Below, piece after piece: positions 20,738 through 30,617 of a DNA stretch of 64,000 nt; positions within the stretch are counted from its first letter, which is position 1, and the number at the start of each line of letters is the position of its first letter. The DNA comes from an uncultured Chloroflexia bacterium (GTDB lineage: Bacteria > Chloroflexota > Anaerolineae > CG2-30-64-16). The notes below the pieces were generated by a model. That model worked only from the letters and a program-made list of their open reading frames with translations. It was not told the DNA's origin and ran no database searches. The translations under genes were made by a program, and so were the position numbers. Where the stretch lies: positions 818-64,817 of the forward strand of contig CAVOHP010000026.1 of the NCBI GenBank assembly GCA_963695715.1. The letters are read 5' to 3'.

Positions 20738-21769
20738 TTAGGCCCGTTGCGGGCGAGATATTTCGGGTGGCATGCCGCTCGAGTCGCGCACGATCATGCG
20801 GATGGGCAGGATGATTTCCTGACATTCGGCCGGGGCGTGGCCCGAGAGACGCGCGAAGAGCAACTCGGCGGCGCGGCTGCCCATTTCGTAGGCCGGTTGC
20901 TCGATGACCGTCATGAACGGCTCGACGGCAAGACCGGCCGGGAGATCATCGAAGGCGACCATCGTCAGGTCGGCCGGGATCTCCAGACCGGCGTCGCGTA
21001 CGGCGCGATAGGCGCCGGCAGCGATAAAATTGTTGGCTGCGAAGAGCGCCGTGGGGCGCTGTGGGAGATCGAGCACTTGCTGCGCCATACGATAGCCTGA
21101 AGCCGGGACGAATTCGCCGTACACGACAAGCTCATCACTGCCGTTCAAACCGATCTCGCTCAGGGCGCGGCGATAGCCGCTGGCGCGATCCTGGGCCGTC
21201 GAGACGCCTGCGGGGCCGGTGAGCAAGGCGATGCGCCGGTGGCCGAGGCCGAGCAGGTAACGCGTCATTTCGTACGCGCCCTGTTCCGAGTCGCAATGGA
21301 CGGCGTCAACGTCGGCGGAGGGTACGCGCCGGTCTACCACGACCACCGGCACGCCCTGGCTTTGGAGCCACGTCACCGGCTGCAGAAGTCGAGCGCGCCG
21401 GGAACCAGCAAGACCCCGTCTACACGTTTTTGCAGCAATACCGTCAGGTATTGCGTCTGCTTGGCCTCCGACTCGTCGGTGTTACAGAGGATCAAGTTAA
21501 AGTCCTGCCGACTGGCGACATCCTCTGCGCCACGGACGAGGGTTGTGAAGAAAGGGTTTGTGACGTCGGTGAGGACCAAGTGCGACCGTGCGCGTGCTCT
21601 TGGAGCGCAAGCTGCGGGCCAGGCTGTTGGGGACGTAGCCGAGATCCGAGATGGCAGCCTCAACGCGCTCGCGTGTATCGGCGCTCACGTAGCCCGAATT
21701 GTTGAGGACGCGGGAAACGGTCATCGTTGAGACGCCGGCTCGTTTTGCCACATCGCGGATGGTGCTCAC
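20738..21769 (-). CDS. LacI-family transcriptional regulator, 2 frame changes (about 21610 and 21378)
   Basis: GTG start. The HTH is MSTIRDVAKRAGVSTMTVSRVLNNSGYVSADTRERVEAAISDLGYVPNSLARSL (ORF 21497..21769). It continues in ORF 21373..21663 and then ORF 20738..21376 (periplasmic-binding-fold effector domain). Confidence 0.85.
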
Positions 21770-21788
21770 AACATACGACCTCGTAGTG

Positions 21789-21818
21789 TGTTATGCGTAA
21801 CACATGTTATGCATAACA
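21789..21818. promoter_or_regulatory. two tandem LacI-type palindromic operators
   Basis: TGTTATGCGTAACA (21789-21802, one central mismatch pair) and TGTTATGCATAACA (21805-21818, perfect 14-bp palindrome), directly upstream of the LacI start. A third partial copy, GTTATGCGTA, lies near 21858. Confidence 0.65.
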
Positions 21819-21843
21819 TATACTGGAAAAAGCGAGTTGTCAA
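21815..21843 (-). promoter_or_regulatory. sigma70-like promoter for the LacI-headed operon
   Basis: On the minus strand: TTGACA (21843-21838), 17 nt, TATGTT (21820-21815). The -10 element overlaps the perfect palindrome. Confidence 0.5.
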
Positions 21844-21985
21844 GCCTCTATTTGAGAGTTATGCGTATCTTTAAGGTTGCACGCAACAATGCCAGGGGAT
21901 TGCTTTGGGCGTGTTGGGTGTTGTAAAATCGGTGAATCGAGATTCCGGAAGGGCAGCGATGGGAAGCTGAGAAGGGCAGGCGGAT

Positions 21986-22999
21986 ATGGTGAACTTGAAA
22001 CGCATCGGCTATATCTTGGCGATTGTGTTGAGCATCATCGGGATGGGGCTTGGGGTGATGGGCGTCGTTGGTGTCTGGCTGGCGAACGGGCCGCTGACTC
22101 AGGCTGCATTGACGGTGCTGATTCCAGCCGAAGCTACGTTGGCTTCGGTAGAGGCGCTTTCCGCGGAGGCAAGCCAGATCATGGCCGGCGCAACGGATAC
22201 GTTGCTGACGGTGCGCACGCGGGTAGACGCCGCCGGCGAAGAGGTCGCCAGCGCAGACCGCACGCTGGAGACGGTTGCCGGTATTGTAACGGATCGCGTC
22301 GGCCCGGCGCTCGATGTGCTGCGCGCCGGCGGAGGGTTGGTGCAAGAGGCCGCCGATAGCCTGGAGAAGGCGGTGGCCCGGCTGGATGGGCTGCCGCTGA
22401 TCCAGGTGGATTTGCCGGCGGTGGACAAGCTGCGCACGGTGCAACGCGATGTCACGAACACGGTCAGCGATCTTGAGATCTTGAAATCGGCGGCGACTGC
22501 GGAACAGGTTGGTCCGCTGGGGACGGCCTTCTCGCTGGTCTCCACGCCCGTGATCGAACTGGATGAGCAGATGCAGGCGGCGCGCGGTAAGGTGGATGAA
22601 ATACACCGACAGGTGGGAGCGGTGCACGCTACGGTCTCGATGTTGGTGCTCCGATTGCCGGTGTGGATTGATATCGCTTCCGTCGTTTTGACGTTGTTTC
22701 TTATATGGTTCGGGGTATCGCAGGTCGCGGTCTATAAATTGTGCAAGCAGAAATTGGACCGGATGAATCGGGACGTTCTACTTGCCGCAGGCGGACACGG
22801 CAGAGCTTGTATGAGGCCCACCCATCAGCGGCGAAGTCCGATGGGTGAGAGGAGCCCGGCCAATGAGCCGATTGCGCCTGCGACGATGGCCGTCAGGATG
22901 TCGGGTACAGAATCCGGCCCTCTAAACAGTGAGATGAACACGGCGCCGCCAACCCCGATGAGGGCCACGAGACTGATCGTGCCGACGGCCAGACGATAG
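21986..22999 (+). CDS. hypothetical membrane protein (N- and C-terminal TM helices around a long Ala/Leu-rich helical region); 3' end doubtful
   Basis: 337-aa ORF. It has TM MVNLKRIGYILAIVLSIIGMGLGVMGVVGVWL and TM LPVWIDIASVVLTLFLIWFGVSQVAV. The last ~60 codons overlap the convergent gene and look like its antisense. Confidence 0.5.
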   Translation: MVNLKRIGYILAIVLSIIGMGLGVMGVVGVWLANGPLTQAALTVLIPAEATLASVEALSAEASQIMAGATDTLLTVRTRVDAAGEEVASADRTLETVAGIVTDRVGPALDVLRAGGGLVQEAADSLEKAVARLDGLPLIQVDLPAVDKLRTVQRDVTNTVSDLEILKSAATAEQVGPLGTAFSLVSTPVIELDEQMQAARGKVDEIHRQVGAVHATVSMLVLRLPVWIDIASVVLTLFLIWFGVSQVAVYKLCKQKLDRMNRDVLLAAGGHGRACMRPTHQRRSPMGERSPANEPIAPATMAVRMSGTESGPLNSEMNTAPPTPMRATRLIVPTARR

Positions 23000-23163
23000 A
23001 TCATCACATCGGACTCCAGCGGCGGTAACGGTGGCACATCTTTGACGACCTCGGACGATAGCCGCTGCAACTCTGCGACCGGATCGGCTTTGAGGCGATC
23101 CAGAACTCCTGGTTCTGTCAACGCGCGCTTCACCAATTCATCCGCCGATCTGATTTGAGCCAT
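22825..23163 (-). CDS. small hypothetical membrane protein (soluble helical N-terminus plus two TM helices)
   Basis: Internal Met of ORF 22825..23280: MAQIRSADELVKRALTEPGVLDRLKADPVAELQRL..., then IYRLAVGTISLVALIGVGGAVFISLF and ILTAIVAGAIGSLAGLL. Confidence 0.5.
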   Translation of the reverse strand: MAQIRSADELVKRALTEPGVLDRLKADPVAELQRLSSEVVKDVPPLPPLESDVMIYRLAVGTISLVALIGVGGAVFISLFRGPDSVPDILTAIVAGAIGSLAGLLSPIGLRR

Positions 23164-23328
23164 TGGACGCCTCAGTTTCCCTGGTATCTTTGCGAATATT
23201 GCACGATATAAACTCATTGATTGAACTAACTTAATACAAGGATAGCATAGCCTCATCATACGTGCAAACCTGAATGACACAGGCAGATTCGCCGCGCTTG
23301 ACAGGGAAATGAAGATAGCTGACCGGCG

Positions 23329-23370
23329 CGTTGATGCGCACGGCAGAACGTTCCGCCGTGCGCATCAACG
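23329..23370 (-). terminator. perfect 16-bp hairpin downstream of the DUF2807-like gene
   Basis: CGTTGATGCGCACGGC (23329-23344) pairs with GCCGTGCGCATCAACG (23355-23370), with a 10-nt loop. Confidence 0.55.
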
Positions 23371-23398
23371 TGTTCGAACTGAGGAAGCGCTGAGGTTG

Positions 23399-24067
23399 CT
23401 ACGTGGTTTTCAGCGCGCGGATGCTGCCCGCGCCCGAAATGTGCTGATCAATCTGGGGCGCGCCCAGGTAGCGCACTTCGCCGGAACCGCTGATGTGAAC
23501 TTCGAGCGATTCCTGGGCGTTGACGTGGGCCTTGCCGGAGCCGCTGATGCGAATGCTGACTTCTTGCGCTTCCAGCGTGGCTGCCAGCACATCGCCGGAG
23601 CCGCTGATGTGACTGGATAGCTTTGAGGCTTCGCCGCCCAGCTTGAATTCGCCTGAACCGCTGATGCGGGTTTCGATGGTATCGGCGGTGATTTGTTCCA
23701 GCCGCATTTTGCCGGAGCCGGAGATGCCGAGTGCGCAGTTTTCAGTCTGGATTGGGCCGGCGACCAATGAGCCGGAACCCTTGATTTGCGCTCCGTCGAA
23801 TGCCTTCGTCGTGATGCGATAGTGTACCCGTTTGTCGGGCAGCGCGGCCCAGGTGGCCCAGTAGGTCAGCCATTCCCACCATTCGATATCCAGGCCCAGA
23901 TACAGCTTCCCATTCCTGACTTCGGCCTTGAGTCGGTCGAGGAGCGCATCGTCGGCCTCGATTTCGAGCGACTCAACGCCGGTCTGTTCCACCTCGGCAT
24001 CGCCAAAGCCTTCGATGATGATTTCGCTGAAATCGGAAACGTCGCGTGTTTCGGTCAGACGTGTCAT
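23399..24067 (-). CDS. DUF2807/GIN-domain-like beta-helical protein (ISGSG repeats)
   Basis: Intact 222-aa ORF with six periodic xSGSGx units (IKGSGS, ISGSGK, ISGSGE, ISGSGD, ISGSGK, ISGSGE). Confidence 0.7.
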   Translation of the reverse strand: MTRLTETRDVSDFSEIIIEGFGDAEVEQTGVESLEIEADDALLDRLKAEVRNGKLYLGLDIEWWEWLTYWATWAALPDKRVHYRITTKAFDGAQIKGSGSLVAGPIQTENCALGISGSGKMRLEQITADTIETRISGSGEFKLGGEASKLSSHISGSGDVLAATLEAQEVSIRISGSGKAHVNAQESLEVHISGSGEVRYLGAPQIDQHISGAGSIRALKTT

Positions 24068-24286
24068 GTGCTTGCTCCTTGTCTTCGAAGTTTCGACATG
24101 GAATATTATACGCTGAAGCAGGGCGGCGGTTGCATCGTGTTTTCGACGGGTGAATGCAATCGTCTGACGACAAATAAATATGTTACAATTTCGAGCGACG
24201 GATCGGGTCGCTCGCCCCGATTTGAGCTTCTGGAGATGACCACTGCAGAAGCGGCTTCCTCGGGATCATGGATTGAGGCAACGCGT

Positions 24287-26651
24287 ATGACCAACCTATC
24301 TTTGAACGGTGAGTGGCGGCTCTATCATTTTGCGGAGGGCGCGTTTCCGGGTGTTCGCCCGGTTGATCTGGCGACGCTCGGTCTGGAGTCAATCCCTGCC
24401 GAAGTTCCCGGTAATGTCGAATTGGACTTGCATCGCGCCGGGCAGATCGCGGATCCTTTTTATGCCGAGCACGTCCACACGCTACGCGGGTTGGAGACAC
24501 ATGAGTGGTGGTATTGTCACACGTTTGTCGGCCCGGATGAACCGGCCGGCGCGCGGTGGACGCTGGTTTTTGAAGGGGTTGATCCGCCGGCGACGATATG
24601 GTTGAACGACGTGGAGATCGGACAGGCGCATAATGCGCTGATCGCGCATCGGTTCGATGTCACAGACCTATTGCGGGGCGGCGCAGAAAATCGGCTCGTT
24701 GTGCGAATCGGTTCGGCGGTGAACGCGGCGCGACGTTTTCGTTATGATGCAGCGGATATGAGTTGGGAAGGGCGGGAGGAAGGGCTTCACATCCGCAAGG
24801 CGCCGCACGTTTGGGGTTGGGATATCATGCCGCGGGCCGTGTCGGCGGGCATCTGGCGCAGTGTCCGGCTCGAGCAAGAATTGCCGGACGCTATCGAGCA
24901 ATTGTATCTCTGGACTGACGCGCATCGAGCCTGAGGGCGCGGTGCTGGGAGTCCGGTTTCAGTTTCGTACACAGGCGCAAGAGCTGGCAACGGGACTGGC
25001 GCTGCGGCTGCACGGGACGTTGACGAACGGCGAGCATGAATTCGAGCATACACAACCGGTAGAGTTCATCGCTGGAGGATTTCGCGTGCGGATACCGGGC
25101 GCACAGCTCTGGCAGCCACGGGGGTATGGCGCGGCCGCGCTCTACGATGTGCGGGCCGACCTGCTCTATAAGGGCGAGGTGATTGCCTCACGGACGGAGC
25201 GGATCGGCATTCGCACGGTAGAGGTGCGGCGCACCGAGCGCGCCGCGCCGGTTCCGCCGCCGCGTTCTGCGCTTGAAATGGCGGGACGTTGGGATACGCC
25301 GCCTGATCCGGAGGGGCATTTCCAATTCATCGTCAACGGTCAGCCGGTGATGGTGAAGGGGTCAAACTGGGTCCCACTGGATGCGTTTCATAGCCGAGAC
25401 GCCGGGCGGCTGGAGCGGGCGCTGGCGCTCTTCGACGATCTGGGCTGCAATATGGTTCGCTGCTGGGGCGGCAACGTCTATGAGGATGACGCGTTCTTTG
25501 ATCGGTGCGACGAGTTAGGGTTGATGGTCTGGCAAGATTTTGCGTACGCGTGCTGCCGCTATCCTCAGACGGAGGATTTTCTGGCGCGGGTGCGGCAAGA
25601 GGCCGAGTCTATCATCGAGAAGCTGCGGAATCACCCGTCGTTGGTCATCTGGTGCGGGGATAACGAGGTGGATCAGGCTTACATCTCGGATGGGCTTTCG
25701 CCGGAGCAGAATCGGCTGACGCGCGAGGTGTTGCCGCAGACGGCGCACCGCTGCGATCCGTATCGCGCCTATGTTCCCAGCTCGCCTCACGTTTCGCCGG
25801 CGGCTGCGAGGGAGGCTGATCCGGGCCGGGCGACGCCGGAACAGCATCTATGGGGGCCGCGCGGTTACTACAAGAGTCCGTTCTACACGGAACACCGGGC
25901 CGGTTTCATCGGCGAGATCGGCTATCACGGGTGCCCGAATGTATCTTCCATCCGGCGCTTCATTTCGGCCGAGCGACTTTGGCCCTATGAGAATAACTCC
26001 GAATGGCAAACGCATTCGGTCTATCATTGGCTTTCGTCCGATGCCTCTGATCGCGACCGCATCACGCTGATGGCGAATCAGGTGCGCGAGTTGTTTGGTG
26101 AGATACCCGATACGCTGGATGATTTCGCCCTGGCCAGTCAGATCGTCCAGGCGGAGGCGAAGAAATTCTTCATCGAGTCGACGCGGTTACGCAAATGGCG
26201 CACCAGCGGCATCCTGTGGTGGAACGTGCTGGACGGCTGGCCGCAGTTTTCGGATGCCGTGGTGGATTACTATTTCGGCGTCAAGCTGGCGTATCACTAT
26301 ATCCGGCGCGTGCAGCAGCCGGTTTGCATGATGGTCGGCGAGCCAGGCCCCGGCAAATATTTGCCCATCGTGTTCGGCAATGACGGTTTGACGGATGCGA
26401 CCGTCACTTATCGCGTTTGGGAGGAAGGTGGGCAGACGCTTGCAGAGGGTAAGGCGCATGCGCCGGCCAATCAGAACTGGCAGGTTGCGCGCGTGCGGAC
26501 GTTCGCCGGGGATCGGCGGTTGTTGCTGATGGAATGGGAAATCGGCGAGAGGCGATTCGGGAATCACTACGTTGTCGGGATGCCGCCATTGTCGTTTGGC
26601 GCAATATCGAGGCTGGCTGACGGCGATTGCCGCGTTGCCGCGCGCGTTTGA
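24287..26651 (+). CDS. GH2 family glycosidase, beta-mannosidase-like, one frame change (about 24920)
   Basis: MTNLSLNGEWRLYHF... (ORF 23786..24934, ATG 24287 with a GAGG RBS) joins ORF 24861..26651 (NMVRCWGGNVYEDDAFFDRCDELGLMVWQDF, VIWCGDNE, GEIGYHG). Confidence 0.8.
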
Positions 26652-26727
26652 TGCGGCCGGCGTGGCGCGCTGAATCACCCCGAGATACGACGACTACAGA
26701 ACGTCTTTTGAGACACAGGAGAAATCA

Positions 26728-27991
26728 ATGTTTGGCGTACACTGGATACCAACCCATCGCGGAAATTTGAATGGCGTACCGGATCGGGATATCTTTGCCC
26801 GTTGGGCGCCGGGGATCATGAAGATCATCACCATTGACACCAAAGTGCCTTATCTGGAGGACGTGCCGCCGAACGCGCTGATCGTGGTGCGTAACCACCC
26901 GCTGAGTGAGGACGGCAACCGGGGACAATCGGGAGATCCTTCGCCGGCGCCTCCGGCTGCAGAATTGCCTCCGGCGGCGATCAGCCTGGATGCGCCGCCG
27001 GGACCGCGTCCGCCGTTGTTCGACGTGCAGGCGGATGCCATGCCTGCGGCGTCCGATGAGACTCCGTATCAGCGGGGGCTGCGCCATGCGGCTATCTGCG
27101 ACGAAATGGCGCGCTATTGCGAGAGCAAAGGCGTCCCACGAAGCCGGTTACGCTTTGAAGGGTTGAACGAGCCGCAATTGTGGTCGGGCGAACCGCCGGC
27201 GTGGACGGCCGAATACTATCGTGGTTTCTTGATTGGACTTCACAGTTACAATTTACTCGGCGTGGTTGGGAATTTTGGGGTTGGTTGGCCGGGCAATGGC
27301 GGAGTGCAAGACGCGCCGGTGGATTGGAAGTTTTTCGAGCCGGTCATCAAGGAATTCAAGCAAGGGCGACTACCTGGGCTTGCATGAATACTGGGCGCTG
27401 AACGGGCCGGGAGAGAACTGGCGCTGGTGGGCCGGGCGCTTCCTGCAATGCCCCTTCAAGGTTCCGATCCTGATCACGGAGACGGGGATTGATACGGGCG
27501 TCACGGGGCAGTGGTATGGCGGCTGGCGCGACCTGCCCGGGGGCAGCGAGAACGAGAAGGCCGTGCGTTACTCGAACGAGCTGGTGTGGTACGCCCAGCA
27601 GTGCCGCAATGATGGGCGCGTGCAGCAGGTGTTCCCGTTCACCTATGACATCGGGTCGAGCCACTGGGAAAAGTTCGATATCCGCAATCAGCCGTTTCTG
27701 GAGGCGTTCTTCGCGGTGAAGGATCAGGTGACGAATCCGCCGCCGCCCCCGCCGCCCCCACCCCCGCCGCCATCCGGGCTGGAAGACCAGATTCGCAACC
27801 GCGCCTGGGATTTGCAGGGGATACCGTATAACAAGGACGCGGCGCTGGCGCGTTATGCGCGCGAGAACGGGCTGGGCAACCCGGTGACGGTGGAATTTGA
27901 CGTGTCGGGTCAGCGGGCGCAAGGATTTGCCCGGAAGATCATCTACTGTCCTATCGGGCAGTGGAGCAATATCAAGGAAATGGACTGGTAA
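26728..27991 (+). CDS. clan GH-A-like TIM-barrel hydrolase with a 12-Pro linker and a small C-terminal domain, one frame change (about 27365)
   Basis: ORF 26728..27387 (FEGLNEPQLW, candidate acid/base NEP) plus ORF 27233..27991 (PILITETGID, candidate nucleophile; NPPPPPPPPPPPPSG at 27733-27777). Confidence 0.55.
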
Positions 27992-28002
27992 GGCTGCGCG
28001 CC

Positions 28003-28420
28003 TGACGGGCGCGGTACGAACTGTACCTTTGTTCCATGAGCCGATCTCGATGAGATTGCCGTCGGGATCGGCGATCATGGAGGAGCGCATGCCCCACGGT
28101 TCATCACGCGGCGCGTAGACGGGGCGTCCGCCCGCAGCGACGATGCGCGCGTATTCCGGGTCCACATCCTCGAAGCGCGGGAGGTCAATGGCCAGCTCAA
28201 ACGTGCCGTTAACGCCGGACGGATACGTGGGCGCAGCGCCGAGCAATTCGGGCAACATGCGCCGCGCATACATGGAAAAGCGAACGCCTTCGCTCTGAAA
28301 TTCCACGTGAGGCGATGCGCCGTCCCATTCGGCGGCAAAGCCCAGCACGTCGCGATAGAAGGCGACCATCGCGGGCATATCGTCTACGAACAGGCCGATC
28401 ATATCAATACGGGTCGTCAT
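28003..28420 (-). CDS. VOC/glyoxalase-family protein, 3' end uncertain
   Basis: The first ~135 aa of ORF 27356..28420 (MTTRIDMIGLFVDDMPAMVAFYRDVLGF...MIADPDGNLIEIG). The rest of the 354-aa ORF is antisense to the neighbouring hydrolase gene. Confidence 0.65.
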
Positions 28421-28466
28421 GGGGCAGCCTTTCGCGTCTCAGGCATGGGCCGGTCTCGGGATGGCT

Positions 28467-28577
28467 CTAACCCGAGGGCAGTCTCGCGCTGACCACGACG
28501 AAGTCGAATTGCACAGGAACGCGAGCGGGTAGACCATTGCGGGTCAGCGCTTTGACGACGCGTTCTTTAGAGTTCAT
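28467..28577 (-). pseudogene. 36-codon N-terminal remnant of a URO-D-family gene
   Basis: My translation gives MNSKERVVKALTRNGLPARVPVQFDFVVVSARLPSG-stop. It resembles the usual URO-D-like start (M..RERV.AAL.G...DRVPV). Only about 45 nt remain before the next gene, so it cannot be full length. Confidence 0.35.
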
Positions 28578-29621
28578 GACGATCTCCTGGAAGCAGCAAA
28601 TTGTCCAATTCGGGGATGGAGAGCTGGGTGTGCGCGAACATCATCCGGTACACTGAAAGCAGCGCCGGCGCTTGTTGTAGCATGACTTTTTCTGCGCCGG
28701 GGCGCATCCCCAGTTTTTCCGCGCCGATCATGACCGAGATGTAGAAGCTGTAGAGACGCTTGAGGCCGGCGGCGACCTCGAAGAAACTCAAGTCCTCGCC
28801 GGTCGGCCAAGCAATCGTTCGTATTCGGCGAGGGTGCGGGCGCGCCAATCTTCGCCCTCGACCGAACCGATCAGCAAGAGCGTCCAGGCGAGATCGAAGC
28901 GTGTGTCTGAGATATCTATCTGCGTCCAGTCAATGACGCTGGGCGAGCCGTTCGGTTGGATGAGGACGTTGTTGGGGTGAAAGTCCCAGTGAACGGGGCC
29001 CGGCCAGGCGGCGCGAATATCGGCCCGGCGTTCCATCAACCAGTTCAATGAACGCTGAAAACCCGGGGCGGGGTACTGATCGAAGACGGTTTGCCAGCGA
29101 TCCGTTTCCCGCCGGATCAATTGCTGAGGATCGGTCAGGTCGGTTGCGGACGGCCCGTCGGCGAAGGGTCGCCAATCGAGCGTATGCAGTTGTACGAGCA
29201 GACCGCAGAAGAGAGTGAGCAGACCGGCGCGGCCGGATTCCGGCCCGCGGAACAACAGGGGCCAGAGCGGCTGCCCGGCGACACGCTCCATGATGATGAA
29301 CGGCGCGCCGATCGGGGAAGCGTCGCGTTCGAGGAGGTACACTTCGGGGACAGGGTAGGCGGCGCGTTTCAGCAACCGCATACCGCCATACTCTCGCCCC
29401 GATTTTTGATAGGCGTCATGCCCCGGGTAGACGCGTAGTACCAGGGCCTCGCGCCGGCGTTCGATCGGGGGGCCGTGTTCGAGGTCGAGCGCGTAGACGT
29501 CGCTTTCCCACCCCGAGCTGATGTTGGTCAGGTTAAGGACCGTGGGATCGGTCCAGGCCGGGCCATGCGCCGCCAGGTATTCGCCCAGCGTCCCTTGTAG
29601 ATCGTGCGCCGATTCAGGCAT
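28567..29621 (-). CDS. phosphotransferase (APH/choline-kinase-like) family protein, one frame change (about 28800)
   Basis: ORF 28788..29621 (VHWDFHPNNVLI catalytic loop, VIDWTQIDISD) plus ORF 28567..28848. Confidence 0.75.
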
Positions 29622-29633
29622 GGACGCCGTCCG

Positions 29634-30410
29634 TTACAGAACGACCTGGGTGGAAACGCCGTTGACCTCCACGGTGTAAGTCCCCGGATCGAGGGCGCTT
29701 TCCGGTTCGATGATGACAGTCTCCTCGAAGGGGACGAGCGCCTGTGTACACATCATGTCGGCAGGCCGGACGGTGGTGATGGTCACAACGAAGGTGTTGC
29801 CCTCTTGCACCCAGGACGTATCATCAATCGAGGTGCAGCCATCGGGGAGGTAGCCGCGGGCGATGACGAGCAGCGATGTGGGTTCGCCGCCGAGGACCTG
29901 CACTTCGACGCTGTCTACCATGGCCAGGTCAGAGATCATGTCGGTGGCCTGGGCCTGCGAGGTCGCCAGAAGCTGCTGTGCGAACGCCGAGATCGCCGCA
30001 ACGTCATCCGCGGTGACAGGCTTCATCCCTTGACCATCAAAGGACATTTCGAGCGTCAGGCTATCCGCGACCGGGCCGTCCGTGATGGTGCGGTCGAAGG
30101 GTGCGAACTCGCCGTACCACTTGAAGAACTGCGCCGCCTGATCTGCTGTGAGGACGCTGTCATGCGTTGTTTCGACTTCGCACGACTGCACGGTCGTCTC
30201 GCCGTTCGCGTAGATTGTCAGGTCGTCGCAGAACCCCGCGACCCCGCCTTCGCGATGGAAGTTCAACGCGACGGCGTCGGGCGCGGGCGTTTCGATGCGC
30301 GGCGGCGAAGTTGGAAGCGCCGACGTCGGCGAGGGCGCCGCGGGAACAGGCACACACGCGCTAAGTACCAACGTCAGGCTAACCACGATGACCAGGTGTT
30401 TGGGCGTCAT
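29634..30410 (-). CDS. hypothetical lipoprotein
   Basis: Internal Met of ORF 29634..30455: MTPKHLVIVVSLTLVLSAC (lipobox LSAC), followed by a Pro/Ala/Ser linker. Confidence 0.6.
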   Translation of the reverse strand: MTPKHLVIVVSLTLVLSACVPVPAAPSPTSALPTSPPRIETPAPDAVALNFHREGGVAGFCDDLTIYANGETTVQSCEVETTHDSVLTADQAAQFFKWYGEFAPFDRTITDGPVADSLTLEMSFDGQGMKPVTADDVAAISAFAQQLLATSQAQATDMISDLAMVDSVEVQVLGGEPTSLLVIARGYLPDGCTSIDDTSWVQEGNTFVVTITTVRPADMMCTQALVPFEETVIIEPESALDPGTYTVEVNGVSTQVVL

Positions 30411-30521
30411 GGTCGGATACCTCCGGCTCAAGTTTCCCACGCGTAGAACCAACACAATGGGTTGATTATAGCACAGTGAAGCATGAAAGGGCGCCGAAAT
30501 CGGAGTAAACTTGTATTGTGA

Positions 30522-30550
30522 TTGACAGCACTTCTTTGTGGGTCTACAAT
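30522..30550 (+). promoter_or_regulatory. near-consensus sigma70 promoter upstream of the aldo/keto reductase gene
   Basis: TTGACA (30522-30527), 17 nt, TACAAT (30545-30550). Confidence 0.6.
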
Positions 30551-30617
30551 CGCAGCAATCTCTTCCTGTTTCGGGGAACTGAGAGAGATATCATGACATG
30601 GCAAGGAGTAATTAGAG

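Noticed and set aside
23400-23760. Regular ~60-nt periodicity that could suggest a repeat array or CRISPR
   Set aside because: The periodicity is the coding repeat of the ISGSG beta-helix protein. The units are not identical, there is no spacer structure, and no cas genes are nearby.
27736-27771. CCG/CCC-rich tract as a possible microsatellite or regulatory repeat
   Set aside because: It lies in frame inside a gene and encodes a 12-Pro linker. It is not an intergenic repeat.
27356-28420. 354-aa minus-strand ORF as one protein
   Set aside because: Only the N-terminal ~135 aa are VOC-like. The rest is antisense to the clan-A hydrolase gene, including an Arg/Gly run opposite the poly-Pro tract.
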